A stretch of DNA of 63,950 nt, counting the filler, from Hyphochytrium catenoides (Eukaryota; Protista; Hyphochytriomycota), in assembly GCA_900088475.1 (NCBI GenBank). It is 5 parts of 5 records of this genome, joined end to end, with 100 filler letters (N's around TTAATTAATTAA, not from the genome) between each part and the next. Parts side by side here need not be neighbours in the genome. Positions count along the whole stretch, not along the records: positions 1 to 12,563 come from FLMG01002531.1; positions 12,664 to 37,375 come from FLMG01004343.1; 3 more parts are not named here. One strand, given 5' to 3'. Below, piece by piece: positions 1-25,601 of the stretch. The translations under genes and the position numbers were made by a program. A model generated the notes under the pieces. That model was given only the letters and a program-made list of their open reading frames with translations. It was not told the DNA's origin and ran no database searches. How positions within the stretch are numbered: position 1 is the first letter of the stretch; the number at the start of each line of letters is the position of its first letter.

Positions 1-396
1 GAGAGGGAGAGGGAGAGGGAGAGGGAGAGGGAGAGGGAGAGAGAGCAGAGAGAGAGCAGAGAGAGAGGAAGAGGGAGAGAGAGACAGAGAACAAAGTTGT
101 TGGTTACTTGGTCAGGAGCGAACATAATGTCATACAGTCACATTTGGAGAAGGAAGGGGCGAAGAGATACCACAGAGAGAGAAAAAAAGGACGGAAATAG
201 AGAGCAAAGAGAGAGAGAGAAGAGAGAGTGTGTGTGTGTGTGTGTTAAAGTACTATCGAGAGCCAGAAAGAGCTAGGAAGAGAGCCAAAAAGAACTAGGA
301 AGAGAGCCAGAAAGAGAGCCAGTTAAAGCGTAAATTTACAGTATGAACAAGGGTAAAGGCGGTGGTGGAGAGAGCAAGTGTCAAGGAAAAGCAAGA

Positions 397-432
<36 letters not shown>

Positions 433-3400
433 ACGATGTGTACCTGGAAGACAGTAAAGAAAGCCCAGTGGACAGTGTCAAAGTTCGCTCTGTGAAGCTG
501 GACAGCGGGGTCCGAGCTGTTGAAAGAGACAGGCACGTTCCTCTCGTCGAACTTGAACTTCGTTGCAAACAGCTATGTAGAGAGAGAGAGTGAGAGAAGG
601 GGAGAGAAAGAGAGAGACAGAGAGAGAGAGAGAAAGTGAGCGCGGCAGGAGAAGAGAGCATATAACAAATAAGGCGATGAACCAAGTGAAAGATCAACAG
701 AATGATCGGAACGAGAGAGAGAGAGCAAAGAGGGAAGAAAAGAGAAAGAGGGAGGCAGACCAAGAGAGAGAGAGTGAGGGAGAGAGAGAGAGAAAGAGAC
801 CAGGCGTTACCTCCATGCCAATGAGGGCAAAAATGTACATGAAAAGCACAAGGAAGAAGAGAAAATTCAGAATCTCTCCCATCGCATTCATGATCGCCAA
901 AAGCAGTCGATGAAGGCTCCGCCAGCTGCGCGCCAACTTGAACACCCTGTTAGCAGTATCAGGAATAGTGGTCAGGCCGAAAAGTAACGCATATTGAGGA
1001 CTCTTTCCTTCTCTCTTCCCCTCTCTCTTCGTCTCTCTCTTCTCCCTTTTCTTTACGTAGCGCCTCTCCTTTCCTCTTCGCCTATCTCGTCCTTCTCTTC
1101 TTCCTCTTCGCGTTTCTCTTCCTTCTTTTTCTTCTCTTTCTCAAGAGCTTGTCGCTCTTCAATCTTCATCGCTTTCTCTCTCTCCGTGGCTGTCGTTACG
1201 GATGGCCCCCCTGCAGCCCCCTTTCTCGTGCCAAGCTGTGCTCTTGCACTTTCTCTCTCTGTCTCTCACTCTCTCTCTCTCTCTCTCGCGTGCCATTGCT
1301 CTCTCTCCTCTCCTGCCAACGTTCCTCTTGGACCAATAAGAACAGCTGACAAGCAATCAACCTTCCCGTCGACGCTTCACCCTCTTCTCTCTCTTTCTCT
1401 CGTCTCCTCTCTCCTCCTTTCTCTCTCCCCTTTCTCTGTTCTCTCACCTGACAGCTCTAAAAGCAGTAAAGATTCCGCTCCCTCCCTTGTTTCCATCCAA
1501 GAACGTTGGAGGATTGATCGCCACCTCCAACAGTCCCAAGACGATTGTTCCCGCGTCAAACTTATTAGAGCCGTCCCTGTCCGAAGAGAGAGAGAGAGAG
1601 AGAGCAGGAGACAGTGAGAGAAAGAGACAGGGATGGAGAGAGGGAAAGCATCGACATGCCCGAGTAAACGAAGGGACAGACATTGGAGAGAGAGAGAGGT
1701 GTTAGGTTAAATACTGAAGGGATCGAAAGAAAGGGCGAGGGACGTCGAAGGTGGAAAAGACAAAGAAATGAAAAAAGCGGAGCGAACCAGCAATTTGTGA
1801 AAGAGAGAGAGAGAGCGAGAGAGAGAGAGAGACTAGGACACAGTCTAAAGGTTTGAAAGTGGGAAAAAAAATAGAAGAGAGATAGGAAGAGAAAGAAAGA
1901 AAAAGGAGAGATGAGCGTACCGTAGATATCTTTTCCATCCGAGGCCAAAAATCTTGAGAACCATTTCCAATGTGAAGCAAAGAAGAAAGACGAAGTTTGC
2001 CAGCTCCATCCAGTACTGAAAAGCCATAGATAATGTTAAGAGACAAAATGTGGGCCCGGTGCTCCCAGTCCTCCCCTCTCTTTCCATCTCTCTCTCTCTC
2101 TTTCTATTTTTCTCCCCTGTCCTTCTTTTCTTTGTCATCCTTTCCCGCTTGCTCGCTCGCTCTTTCTCGGTCTCCGATTCTTCCCGTTGTCTCCCTTCGG
2201 CTTTGGCCCAAAAGTAGCCTCTCTCTTTGCTCTCTCTACCTCTATTCTCTGGCCCTTATGGTTGCTACAATTTTTCATCTTCCTGTCCTTCTTCTTCTTT
2301 CCTTCTCTTCTCTCTTCCCTTCTTATACACTTTCTTTTTCTCTACTGCTCCCCGTCTCTCTTTCTCTGGTGATGATAGGACATATACTATTCGAGCTCTA
2401 CTGAGCTTTCACTTTCTCTTTTTTCTTTCCTCTCTCTCTCTCTCTCGCTCTCTCTNNNNNNNNNNNNNNNNNNNNNNNNNNNNNNNNNNNNNNNNNNNNN
2501 NNNNNNNNNNNNNNNCGCAATATTTCCAACTGTAAGAATCAGCCCCACAGTGTTAAAGGACCGTGATTTCACTAGTTTTTTCGTTCTTTTCTTCCAGAAC
2601 GCAATTTTCACGGCCCACTTGGAGACCGCGGCCACGGGGATGGACGTTGAGGAGTGAGAGCGAGAGGAAGAAGAAGAGGGAGAGCTGCCGGCCTTCTCCT
2701 CTTCCCGTACACGAGTCCTAAAGTGGTGCAGGAGAGAGAGAAGGGGGAGAGGAGAGAGAGAGAGAGTTAGAAGGANNNNNNNNNNNNNNNNNNNNNNNNN
2801 NNNNNNNNNNNNNNNNNNNNNNNNNNNNNNNNNNNNNNNNNNNNNNNNNNNNNNNNNNNNNNNNNNNNNNNNNNNNNNNNNNNNNNNNNNNNNNNNNNNN
2901 NNNNNNNNNNNNNNNNNNNNNNNNNNNNNNNNNNNNNNNNNNNNNNNNNNNNNNNNNNNNNNNNNNNNNNNNNNNNNNNNNNNNNNNNNNNNNNNNNNNN
3001 NNNNNNNNNNNNNNNNNNNNNNNNNNNNNNNNNNNNNNNNNNNNNNNNNNNNNNNNNNNNNNNNNNNNNNNNNNNNNNNNNNNNNNNNNNNNNNNNNNNN
3101 NNNNNNNNNNNNNNNNNNNNNNNNNNNNNNNNNNNNNNNNNNAGAAGAAGAGGGAGAGCTGCCGGCCTTCTCCTCTTCCCGTACACGAGTCCTAAGTGGT
3201 GCAGGAGAGAGAGAAGGGAGCGAGGAGAGAGAGAGAGAGAGTTAGAAGGGAACAGAGAGAGAGAGAGAGAAGACGTCAGCAGGAAAGCAAGTGACGGACC
3301 AAACCATGAAATAGGAAAAGGAAACAGATATGAGGTTAAAGATGAGGAAAAGAGAGAAAAGAATATCCTCCTCTAGCTTCTCTTCTTTCATGGACCTCTC

Positions 3401-4522
3401 TCTCTCTCTCCCCTTTCTCTCTCTCCTTTTGTTGGATTCTCTTACAGTTCTGCTTCAAGCTCCTGCTGCTTTGCCTGTGTCTCTTTCGCCTTTTCAAACT
3501 CTGAGAAAATGACGGCCATATTGAGCTGCAACATAAAGCACATCCCCACGAAGAGGAGAAGGTTGAAATAGACGCCAGAGAGAAGCCAAGAGTAGGCGTC
3601 TTGGGCCTGTGACACAGAGAGAGAGAGAGACGGAGAGAGACAGAGCGAGAGAGGCAGAGAGAGAGAGAGAAAAGTGAGGGAACACCAAAGGTAAGCAGGA
3701 ACAAAGAAGTAAAAGAAAGAGATGTGAATAGATGGGAGGTGTGCTTAGGAGGCCGCATGTTTCTCTCATTTCTCTCCTTATCACTTTTTTCGCACTGCTC
3801 CTCTCTCTTCCTATATCCCTTCGACCTTTCTCTCTCTCTCTTTTCTCTTCTCTTCCTTTCTCTCGACCCCTCTGTAGTCTTTTTCTGCATTGAGCTCGCC
3901 TTGACCTCCTTCCTTCAAAAATTTCTTCTCCTTAATCCTTCTCTCCTTCGCTCCTCATTTTCTCTCTCTCTCTCTTTCATATCCTCTCTCTCTCTCTCTC
4001 TCTTTTCTCTCTTTACTTACATTCTGCGTCAGCTTCATCCATCCCGAGGCAGTGACAACCTGGAGGACAATCACCAGGGTGCTAGCAATATTATCAAAGC
4101 TGGTAAGCCCATAGTTTAACTGTGAGAGCAGCTCCGGCTCCGCCATCAAGGGAAACTGCAACGTTCCGTTGAAGTAAACGTCGTGAAACTTTTCATTCCC
4201 GGCCTCGTCCCAGTTTGAGCCACAATATCGGCCCGGACGACAGGACCGGCCACCGCTTCCGCAATATTGGAAATCTTCCGGGTCCAGCGGCCAGAAGCAG
4301 GAGAGAGGAGAAGGCCAAAGGCCCAATGTCTGTGTCTCTTCAAGTTCTGAACGGCAGCGGTAGGATTCTGGATCACTCGTGACGATATCGATCCAGGTTG
4401 AATTAGGGTAGGATCCAGGATGTGGTGCGTCCAAAGCGTTGATATTTAGGATAACGGGATAAGGAGTCAAGCGGCAACGGTAGTGGAAGGTTCCGCGCCA
4501 GATCTCCATACCTAGAGATGAA

Positions 4523-4553
<31 letters not shown>

Positions 4554-5728
4554 CAGAGAGACAGAGAGACAGAGAGACAGAGAATGAGAAAAGAGAGAGA
4601 GAGAAGAAGGGAACAGTGAAGAAGATGGAACAAGAGTGCAGGAGGGACACGGGGGGGACAGAAGCAATAGTTAATAACGTGATAAAGGCAAGAGGGGATT
4701 GAAGAAAGAGAGAGAGAGAGAGAGAGACGTGAAGGCCAACAAGTTGGAAAGAGAGAGGGAACCACCTAACACAGCGAAAGAGAGGTTAACAGGACAGAGA
4801 AAGGCGGAAACCGAGATAGGTTGACGCATATAGAGAGAGCAGTTAGCAAAGAGCCAGCGAGTCACAAGCAAAGAAAAGAGATATAGGAACCGTAGATAAG
4901 AAGGAAAAGAAGCAGTTGTTGTTAGAAGAAAGAGAAAGAAACGGAAGAGAGAGAAGAAGACAAGAGAGAGAAGAAAGAGGAGCGAGAGAGGGGAACCAAA
5001 GTACCTAATATCGCGAAGACAGAGTATCCAAACATCAGCAAGATGCCAACATTCAGAAGTGCAGGCAATGCCGAGATCAGAGAGTTCACCAGCACTTTCA
5101 GGCCTATTTGTCCACGAAGAGCGAGAGAGACAGAGAGAGAGAGAGGGCGGGGTGAGAATGCAAATGGAGAAAGTCAGAGCACAACTGCAAAAATAAAGAG
5201 AGACAGACAGAGGAGACAATCAAACAAAAAGGAAAAGAGAGCCAGGCAGAAGAAAGGGACAGAAATGAGAGATCGAGAGCAAGAGAGGAAGCGAGCAAGC
5301 CAGAATGGAACAAAGCAGGATCGAAGGGTACCAACAAGAGGAAGAGAGAGAGGAGAAGGAAAGAGGAGAGAAGATAGAGTCCGTTGTCGTGATGTTTACC
5401 TGGAAGTGCGTGAAGTGTTCTGAGAGGCCTAAGGACTCGAAGAATTCTGATCATAGAGATCTTGCCCGCGACATTGAACCAGGAGAGACAACTGGAAGAG
5501 GAAGAGCAAACGGGGGAGGAAAAGAGAGAGAGAGAGACAGGAGAGAGAGGGGAAGAAAAAAGAGAGAGACGGACGGAGAGAGAGAGAGGTACAGAGCAGA
5601 GAGAGGGGCACCGAGAGAGAGAGAGAAAGAGAGAGAAAGCGAAAGGGGAAAGTGAGAGACAAAGTTTACATTGGGAGAAGGCGACGAGGTTGAGACAAGA
5701 GACAAGACGATGAATTTGGTTTGCTTTG

Positions 5729-5762
<34 letters not shown>

Positions 5763-6172
5763 TACTCTTTCTCTCTCTCTCTCTCTCTCTCTCTAGCATC
5801 GCTCTCTCCTTCTCGCTCTTGCCCGAAACTTACCCAGTAATGACGACAATAAAGTCCATTCGGTTCCATCCGTCACTTAAATAAGTCCGCTCGCCCCAGA
5901 CGAACCCGAGGGCCACGATCTTCAATACCGTTTCCGCAACAAACACGACTAAACTGACATTATTCGCCATATCCACAATCTTATTTCGGATCTTGGTCGG
6001 ATTAGGCCCGGACTCCCATGGATCCGAATAATCAACAATTCCCAAAATCATGGAATTGCACAGGACAACGCCCAAAATTATTCGGTCGAACCATTTCCAG
6101 GCCACCACCGCGAGACAGAGGCGGCGGAGAGGGTTGTCGAAGGTGAGAAAGCCAAGGGAGCGCTCCACCAGC

Positions 6173-6225
<53 letters not shown>

Positions 6226-6762
6226 GGAGAGGGAGAGAGAGAGAGAGATAAAGACAGAGACAGGAGAGAGAGAGGAGGACAAGAGAGTAGAGAGGGAAGG
6301 AAGAAAGAGGGAAGGAGAGAGAACAGAGAAAAAAAGACGAAAACAGAGACAAAAGAGAGAGAGAGAACAAATGAGAGGCGGGAGAGGAAAATAGATAAAG
6401 ACAGAAACAGAGACAAAAGAAACGAGAGAGAGAAGGAAGAGGAAGGAGAAAGGAGAAAAAAGAAAGAAAGCAGTAGAGTGAGGGGAGGGAACAGGAAGAA
6501 AGAGAGAAGGAAAGAGTGATGAGGAGAGAGGGGAAGCAGAAGAAAGAAGACAAAGAGCAGAATGCAAAAAGGGCAAGAGAGAAAGTGAGAGAGAAAGAGA
6601 AAGAGAGAGAAGCGAGAGACCCAAAAAGAGGACAAGCAGAGGGTAAGAGAGAGAGGAGAGAGGAGATAAGAGAGAGCAGGGTAACGGATGAAGAGAGAGA
6701 AAGCGGGGTAAAGCGGGAAAGAGATAATCGAGCAGTCAAAGCAAAAGGCATGGGGCAGGGAC

Positions 6763-6813
<51 letters not shown>

Positions 6814-7132
6814 CAAAGAGAGAGACAAAGAGAGAGACAGAGAGGGAGTTAGTGTTAGGGATAGGTCTCAAGAGGCGACAGCAGCGCGATAGAGAAACAA
6901 CGAGGGAGTCGAATTGGGAAGAGAGAGAAAGTCACGAAGAAGAGAGAGAGAGGAAAGAACGAGGATGAAAGGAGAGAGGGATAACAGTTCGAGAGAGAGA
7001 AGAACAGAACTAAGGAAGGGGAGAGAGGAGGAAAGAGAGAGGGAGAGAAAAGGTAACGAACAAAATAGGGTCGAAAGGAAAGAAACAGGCAGGGGAGAGA
7101 ACATGGGACAAGGGGAGAAAAAGAGAGAGAGG

Positions 7133-7185
<53 letters not shown>

Positions 7186-8912
7186 ACAGCTACAAAGGAC
7201 AACGGATTGAGTGAGGGAGAGAAACAGTCAGGACGAGAGACAGGAAAGAGTAAACAGCAGCAAAAACAAGGAAAGAGAGAGAGAGAGAGAGGGAGGGAGA
7301 GAGAGGGAGGGATTCTCTTTCTTACCGTCTCTTCCGAAAATTTAGAGCTCACTGCTGTTCCGGGACGAGAGGGAAGAGTCCGCAGAGCGCGGAGCTGGAT
7401 GGGAGGAGGAGAGTGGCCTCCTCTCTCTTTCTCTCTCCCTGCAAACCTGCTCTGAGGGAGAGCAGGAGCCACTGCAGACTTACTCTTAGGCCTTTCCATT
7501 TCTCTCTCTCTCGTTTTCGTTTTTCTCTTCACTCTCTCTCTTTTTAGCTCTTAGGAAGAGAGAGAAGATCGCTCAGTTGCAGGTTCTTTCTTGGACATTC
7601 TGGGAGAGGACGCCTAAGCTAAAAAGGCGGGCTTGTTTCTTCCATGGAGAGAGAAAAGAGAGAGAAGAAAGAGAAAGAAGAGATATGGGGAAGGGGAAGG
7701 AGAAGGAGAGAAGCGAAATCTTCTCTTCTCTTGGCAAAACTCCTCCTTCCCTTTCTTCCCAGGAGCTTTGTGGTGACCGTGATGACCTTTCTTCCCTGCT
7801 GTCTCTCTCTCTCTTCTCTTCCCTCCTCGTAGTCTCTCCCTTCTTTCTCTCACTCCTCCGAGTTGTGTCCTATTGTTTCTCTCTCTCTCTCTCTCTCTGT
7901 GTGTCTCTCTCTCTCCGTGTGCTTGTCTCTCTCTCTTTGCTGTCGGTCTCTTATTTGGCGCGTGGGTCCGTCCGGAAGGACCGCCGACGAGGAAGGAGAG
8001 AGAGACGATGGGAAATCTGCATTATTGGAGCTTCATCAGCCCTCCTTCTTTCTCTCCCTCCTTCTCCGGACAGTTCCGTACACTTTTTCTCTCTTTTCTC
8101 TTTCTCTCTTCCTCTCTCTCTCTTTCCCTTTCTCTCTCTCCCCCGCTGTGCGCTGTCGTTGCGCTCGTAGAAACACTGACCAGCGCCGCATTGACCCCTC
8201 CCGCAGGGCCGTTACAATCTTTCTCTCTCTCTCTCCTCTCTCTCTCTTCGCTGCGGATTGCCTGCTGTTTCCCGGTCTCTTCCCTACCATTTGACTTCCA
8301 CACTCTCTCTCTCTCTCTCTCCCCCGTCACAATCGCTTCTCTCTGGCCCTTACACTCCGCCTAAGGAGACACAGATAGGTGGGGGGAAGAGAGGGAGAGA
8401 GGAAGGGGAGAGAGAGAGAGAGAGAGAAAGTGGGAGAGAGAGAGAGAGCGAGAGAGAGGGAAGAGAGAGAGAGAGAAGAGAGAGAGANNNNNNNNNNNNN
8501 NNNNNNNNNNNNNNNNNNNNNNNNNNNNNNNNNNNNNNNNNNNNNNNNNNNNNNNNNNNNNNNNNNNNNNNNNNNNNNNNNNCTAGAAGATGAAGTTCTA
8601 AAATCTAGGACGGTTATTCGGTGCCGAATATTTCAGAAACAGAAACATTGTTAGTTGCACCCTATGAAAGTAAATTGAATGTTTCTTGTTAACTTCGTTA
8701 CATTGTGTAACTTTACCCCCCTCTGAAACCTCCTGGGGTAGAACTGGAATACAGAACTGAGAAGGAACGAAAGCGAGCTAGAAAGTGTGTGAGGAAGAGG
8801 GAGAGAGAGAGGAGAGAAGAGAGAGGGAGAGACAGCGAGAAAGAGGGGAAGACAGAGAAAGAGAGAAAGAAAGAGAGCGAACGAGCCAAGAAAGGAGATA
8901 GATGAAAGATAG

Positions 8913-8955
<43 letters not shown>

Positions 8956-9541
8956 GAGAGAGAGAGAAGAGAGAGGCAAGAGAGAGAGAGACACAACACA
9001 CAAGGCACAGTGTTTGATATCGTTGAGTCATGTGAGAAGAGCAACCAAATGCAGTTGATAGAAATGAGTAACGACCCGCCACACACCACTTGGAGAGAGA
9101 GAGGAGAGAGAGCTTAGAAAAAGAGAGAGAAAAGGCAAGAGAGAGAAAAGGCAGGAGAGAGAGAGAAAGAGAGATAAGAGAGAAAGAGAGAGACAGAGCG
9201 CTAAGAAGAAGAGAGAGAAAAGCCAAGCGAGAGAGAGAGAACACAGAGATAAAAGACAAAGAGAGAGATCGTGCTAAGAAGAAGAGAGAGAAAAGGCAAG
9301 AGAGAGAAAGAGAGCGAGCGTAACAGAAGAGAGAGAGAGAAAGAGAGAAGAGAGAGACAGAAGTTGCGCAGGAGTGGGAGAGAGAGGGAATAAGAGAAGA
9401 GAGAAAGGGACAAACTGGACTGCGACCAAAAAGAGAGATCAAGTAAAATAAGGCCCTCATCATTATTTATATTTGAGAGAGACAGGAAGGTAACGACACC
9501 AAGTAAAAAATCACCAAAGCAAAGGAGAAGAGAAAGAGTAG

Positions 9542-9587
<46 letters not shown>

Positions 9588-10039
9588 CGCCTGCCTCGAT
9601 TGAATCGGCATCATCATCAATTCAAATATGAAGAAAAAGACGAGATCACGATGGGTGCTTGCAGCGAGAAGAGGAGAGAGCGACACTCTTTCTTCCCCTT
9701 TCCGTACTCACTAGAATGAGCACAGGACATCACCAGCACAACAGAATGGAGAGAGAGAGACGCACGGAGAGAGAGAGGAGAGAAAGAGAGAGAAAGAAGA
9801 GAGAGACAGACAGAAAAGATATGAGGAAGAGGAGATCCATTTCAAGAAAGGAGGTCGGAAAAAAAAGAAAAAGGTGAGGAGGAGAGAGAGAAAACAATCA
9901 GATGAAGAGAGAGAGTAAGAAAAAGACAGAGAGAAAGAGAAGAAAGAAGCAGCCAAGACAAGTGAATAAGAGGGAAGAAGAGAAAGAGGAGAAAAGAAAG
10001 GGGGGATGAAGAAGAGGACATGATGGTGCGAGACAACAG

Positions 10040-10095
<56 letters not shown>

Positions 10096-10398
10096 TCAAG
10101 AAGAACCAGACAGTGATAGCAAAATTAGGGAAAGAGAGAGAGAGAGAAGAAGAGAGAGAGAGACCCCAGCAGAAAAAGGAGCTTCGGGATGTTGATGGCA
10201 GGGAGCGGCCGAGAAAGAGAAGAGAGAGCGAGAGAGAGAGACGGCACTACATTTCTCCTCTTTCTTCTCTTCATCTCCTCAGGAACAAAGGACATTACCC
10301 TAACGATCTCTTCCTCCTTGCAACGGACCTTCAGGCCGCGCCTCAGTGACGATGATGATGATGGCGCCGCCGCCATAAAAAAGAGAAGAAAGCCGCTT

Positions 10399-10448
<50 letters not shown>

Positions 10449-11437
10449 GTCCATTCCGAGCTCCGTCGTCCCACGTCTGCCAACTGAACGCTGGCCGCCC
10501 TGCAGCCTCGAGCTCTAAAAAACAATTTTTGTCTGCTGCTGCGATGCTGACGATCTCTTTCTTATGCTCGATGGGAAGAGGATGCGAAGACTCTACATTG
10601 GCCCTGGGACGGTGTATCGAATGCGGCCTCTTCTCTCTCTCTCTCTCTCTCTTGCTTCTCTCTCCTGTTGGCTCTCTTTCTCTTCTGCATGTTCTTAGGA
10701 TAGCAGCCTGTTGGCCCATTCTCTCTTGCTGCAGGTGGTCACTGTCTCTCTCTTTGGCATTTCTCTCAAGGAGACTGACTCTCTCCGGAGAGAGACTCTT
10801 TCTTTCATCTCTCAATGGCAGTGGATAATTTTCTCTCTGAAATAGAAGAGACTTTTGTTACCTGCTGCGCGTGTTCCTGCGTAGTCTTCTCTCTCTCTCT
10901 CCTGCGTGGTGCTTGTCTGGACTACTGAGGCCTGGCCAGCCAAGGTAACAGACAGAGCACGTTCTCTCTCTCTCTCCCTCNNNNNNNNNNNNNNNNNNNN
11001 NNNNNNNNNNCGATGCATTTCTCGCTTGAAGCCGCTCTACAGTCTGCGGAAGCAGCAGCAGAACTGAGCAAAGTCTCCCAGACGACAGAGGAAGAGAGAA
11101 AGGCATTGACAAGATAAATGCTGCACTCTTTCACTTCTCTCGGAAGGTCTCTTTCTCAAGAGAACGGCGCATGTTCACAAGCCAACGACCGTGGCTGCTT
11201 AGGAAGAAAGAAAGAAGCGGCCCGCAAGTCGGTGGACACAATGCTGAGCCAGCTTTCCAAGCGGCTTTCGTGTGGAGAGAGAGGAGCATAATCTTCTCCA
11301 CTGATGTCTTGAAAGCAGCCGCGTCTTGGCACGTGCTGCTCTTTCATATTGCCTCAGGACCGTCTGGCGGCTGGCCAAGATCATGGACCAGCGCTTCCCA
11401 CTTTCTTTCTCTCTCTCTCTTTCTCGCTCTCGCTCTC

Positions 11438-11472
<35 letters not shown>

Positions 11473-11534
11473 GTCTCTCTGTCTCTCTCTGTCTCTCTCT
11501 GTCTCTCAATCTATCTATCTATCTATCTCTCTCT

Positions 11535-11605
<71 letters not shown>

Positions 11606-12200
11606 GATCGTTTCCTGTTCTGTCTCTCTCTCTCCTCTGTCTTTCTTAAAGGCGAGAATTAGGCCTGAGCGGCTATGGCTCCGTTGCTGCTCCGACCATC
11701 AGGGCGAAGAAGAGCACTGACTAGCAAGCTCCTCGCGTGCCTCCTCCTGTCTCAGCAGAGAGAACCGTCGTACGGGCGGTGCTAGGGGGCATTGTTGAGA
11801 CAGACTGATCCATGTTTCTCTCTGTCTCTCTCTCTCTCTCTCGCTGTCTATCTCTCTCTCTCTCTCTCTCTCTTCTTTGATTCCTTCTTCCTTCTCCATT
11901 CCAGCTCTCTCTCTCGCCTCTATCCGTACCTCTCCTGCTCTCTCAGTTCGACAATGACAATGACAATGGGGCAGGAGCAAGAGAGAGAGAGAGAGAGGAA
12001 GAGAGAGAGAGAATACTTAGTATGCAAAGGAAGCGATAGTGTTTAGATATTATCGCCCTAGGTAGAGACGTAAAGTGCTACAACTACGCTGAAGCGAGAA
12101 GAAGAGACAGAAAAGAGAAAGAGAGAAAGAGAGAGAGAGAGAAAACATCAGGACACACGTCGTGAATCTTTTTCCTCTATCTCCCTCCTAACACTTTGAT
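1..12200. repeat. Dense (GA)n/(CT)n microsatellites and purine/pyrimidine tracts filling introns and intergenic DNA
   Basis: Directly visible, e.g. 6174-6250, 7140-7181, 11401-11602; also abundant at 37.5-39.3 kb and 53.3-63.1 kb. Confidence 0.95.
444..7499 (-). CDS. Voltage-gated Ca2+/Na+ channel alpha subunit-like, multi-domain (N-terminus, domain I and most of domain II; continues off the window start)
   Basis: Hand-spliced GT-AG exons: 7499-7326, 6171-5834 (FDNPLRRLCLAVVAWKWFDRIIL...YLSDGWNRMDFIVV), 5491-5400 (S4 IRILRVLRPLR), 5103-5005, 4511-4021 (TSFDNIASTLVIVLQVVTASGW), 3606-3446 (S6 MLQLNMAVIFSEF), ~2717-2516 (runs into N gap), 2015-1921 (FTLEMVLKIFGLGWKRYLR), 1576-1448, 946-811 (RVFKLARSWRSLHRLL), 572-444 (RANFDTVHWAFFTVFQ). 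Phases agree at all junctions not hidden by the gap. First exon is the least certain. Confidence 0.93.
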
Positions 12201-12217
12201 TCTCTTTCTAGAACAAC

Positions 12218-12563
12218 CTAAGACTGGAAGGGAGAGAGACGGCCACGAAAGAGAGAACGAAGATTCCTGCTCCTCCTGTCTCTATCGTTGTCTTCTCCTT
12301 GGTCATCCTTTCCCTTTCCAGATTTGCCCTTTCCACTGCTCTCCGTAGTAGGAGAAGGCGTAGGGACAGGAGTCGGTGCAGGAGTGGGAGAGAGAGTTGG
12401 CCGAGGCGTGGGAGAGAGAGTGGGAGCAGGAGTAGGAGAGAAAGTAGGAGAGAGAGTTGGAGACGGAGTAGGAGAGGGAGTGGGGCGAGGAGTAGGAGAG
12501 AGAGTTGGAGAGGCAGTGGGAGAGAGAGTGGGAGCAGGAGTAGGAAAGACAGTGGGAGAGAGA
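12218..12563 (-). CDS. 3' end of a Pro/Thr-repeat (PTxx)n mucin-like protein with a GKGKSGKGK tail
   Basis: Open frame ...[26 protein letters not shown]...[44 protein letters not shown]; 12-bp periodicity; 5' part lost at the scaffold end. Confidence 0.7.
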
Positions 12564-12663
12564 NNNNNNNNNNNNNNNNNNNNNNNNNNNNNNNNNNNNN
12601 NNNNNNNTTAATTAATTAANNNNNNNNNNNNNNNNNNNNNNNNNNNNNNNNNNNNNNNNNNNN
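12564..12663. other. Artificial scaffold linker (N44-TTAATTAATTAA-N44)
   Basis: Six-frame stop linker at 12608-12619 flanked by Ns; composition changes abruptly across it. Confidence 0.97.
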
Positions 12664-25412
<12,749 letters not shown>

Positions 25413-25601
25413 AATTGTCTGCCACTGGTATTTTTTCTCTTAATTCTTTACAGGTGAGCAACTTGACTTTCAGCTTCTAGCGACTTTTAGATATAGAAGA
25501 TAGACGTCTTTCCGGGCAAAGCGTAAGTCGACCTATCCTCAACAACGAGGCCCTCATTAACACACTTGGCGATGGGTTGACGAAGTGACGGTATCCAAAT
25601 A

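Noticed and set aside
1040-1300. E/K-rich reading frame on the minus strand inside the channel gene
   Set aside because: Flanking exons join directly within S4 (FRAVR|VFKLAR) and the frame has a stop; intronic low complexity
2669-3250. Apparent duplicated channel exon (2669-2775 vs 3142-3250)
   Set aside because: Near-identical copies flank an N gap, typical of unmerged contig overlap rather than alternative exons
9960-11800. Higher-complexity islands between microsatellites (possible exons)
   Set aside because: Could not assemble a consistent spliced frame or recognise a domain
1-12200. Dozens of ORFs rich in ERERER / SLSLSL
   Set aside because: Translations of stop-free GA/CT microsatellites, largely inside introns of the channel gene
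12608-12619. Palindromic TTAATTAATTAA recurring four times
   Set aside because: Always centred in fixed-length N runs: a concatenation linker, so adjacency across it has no biological meaning
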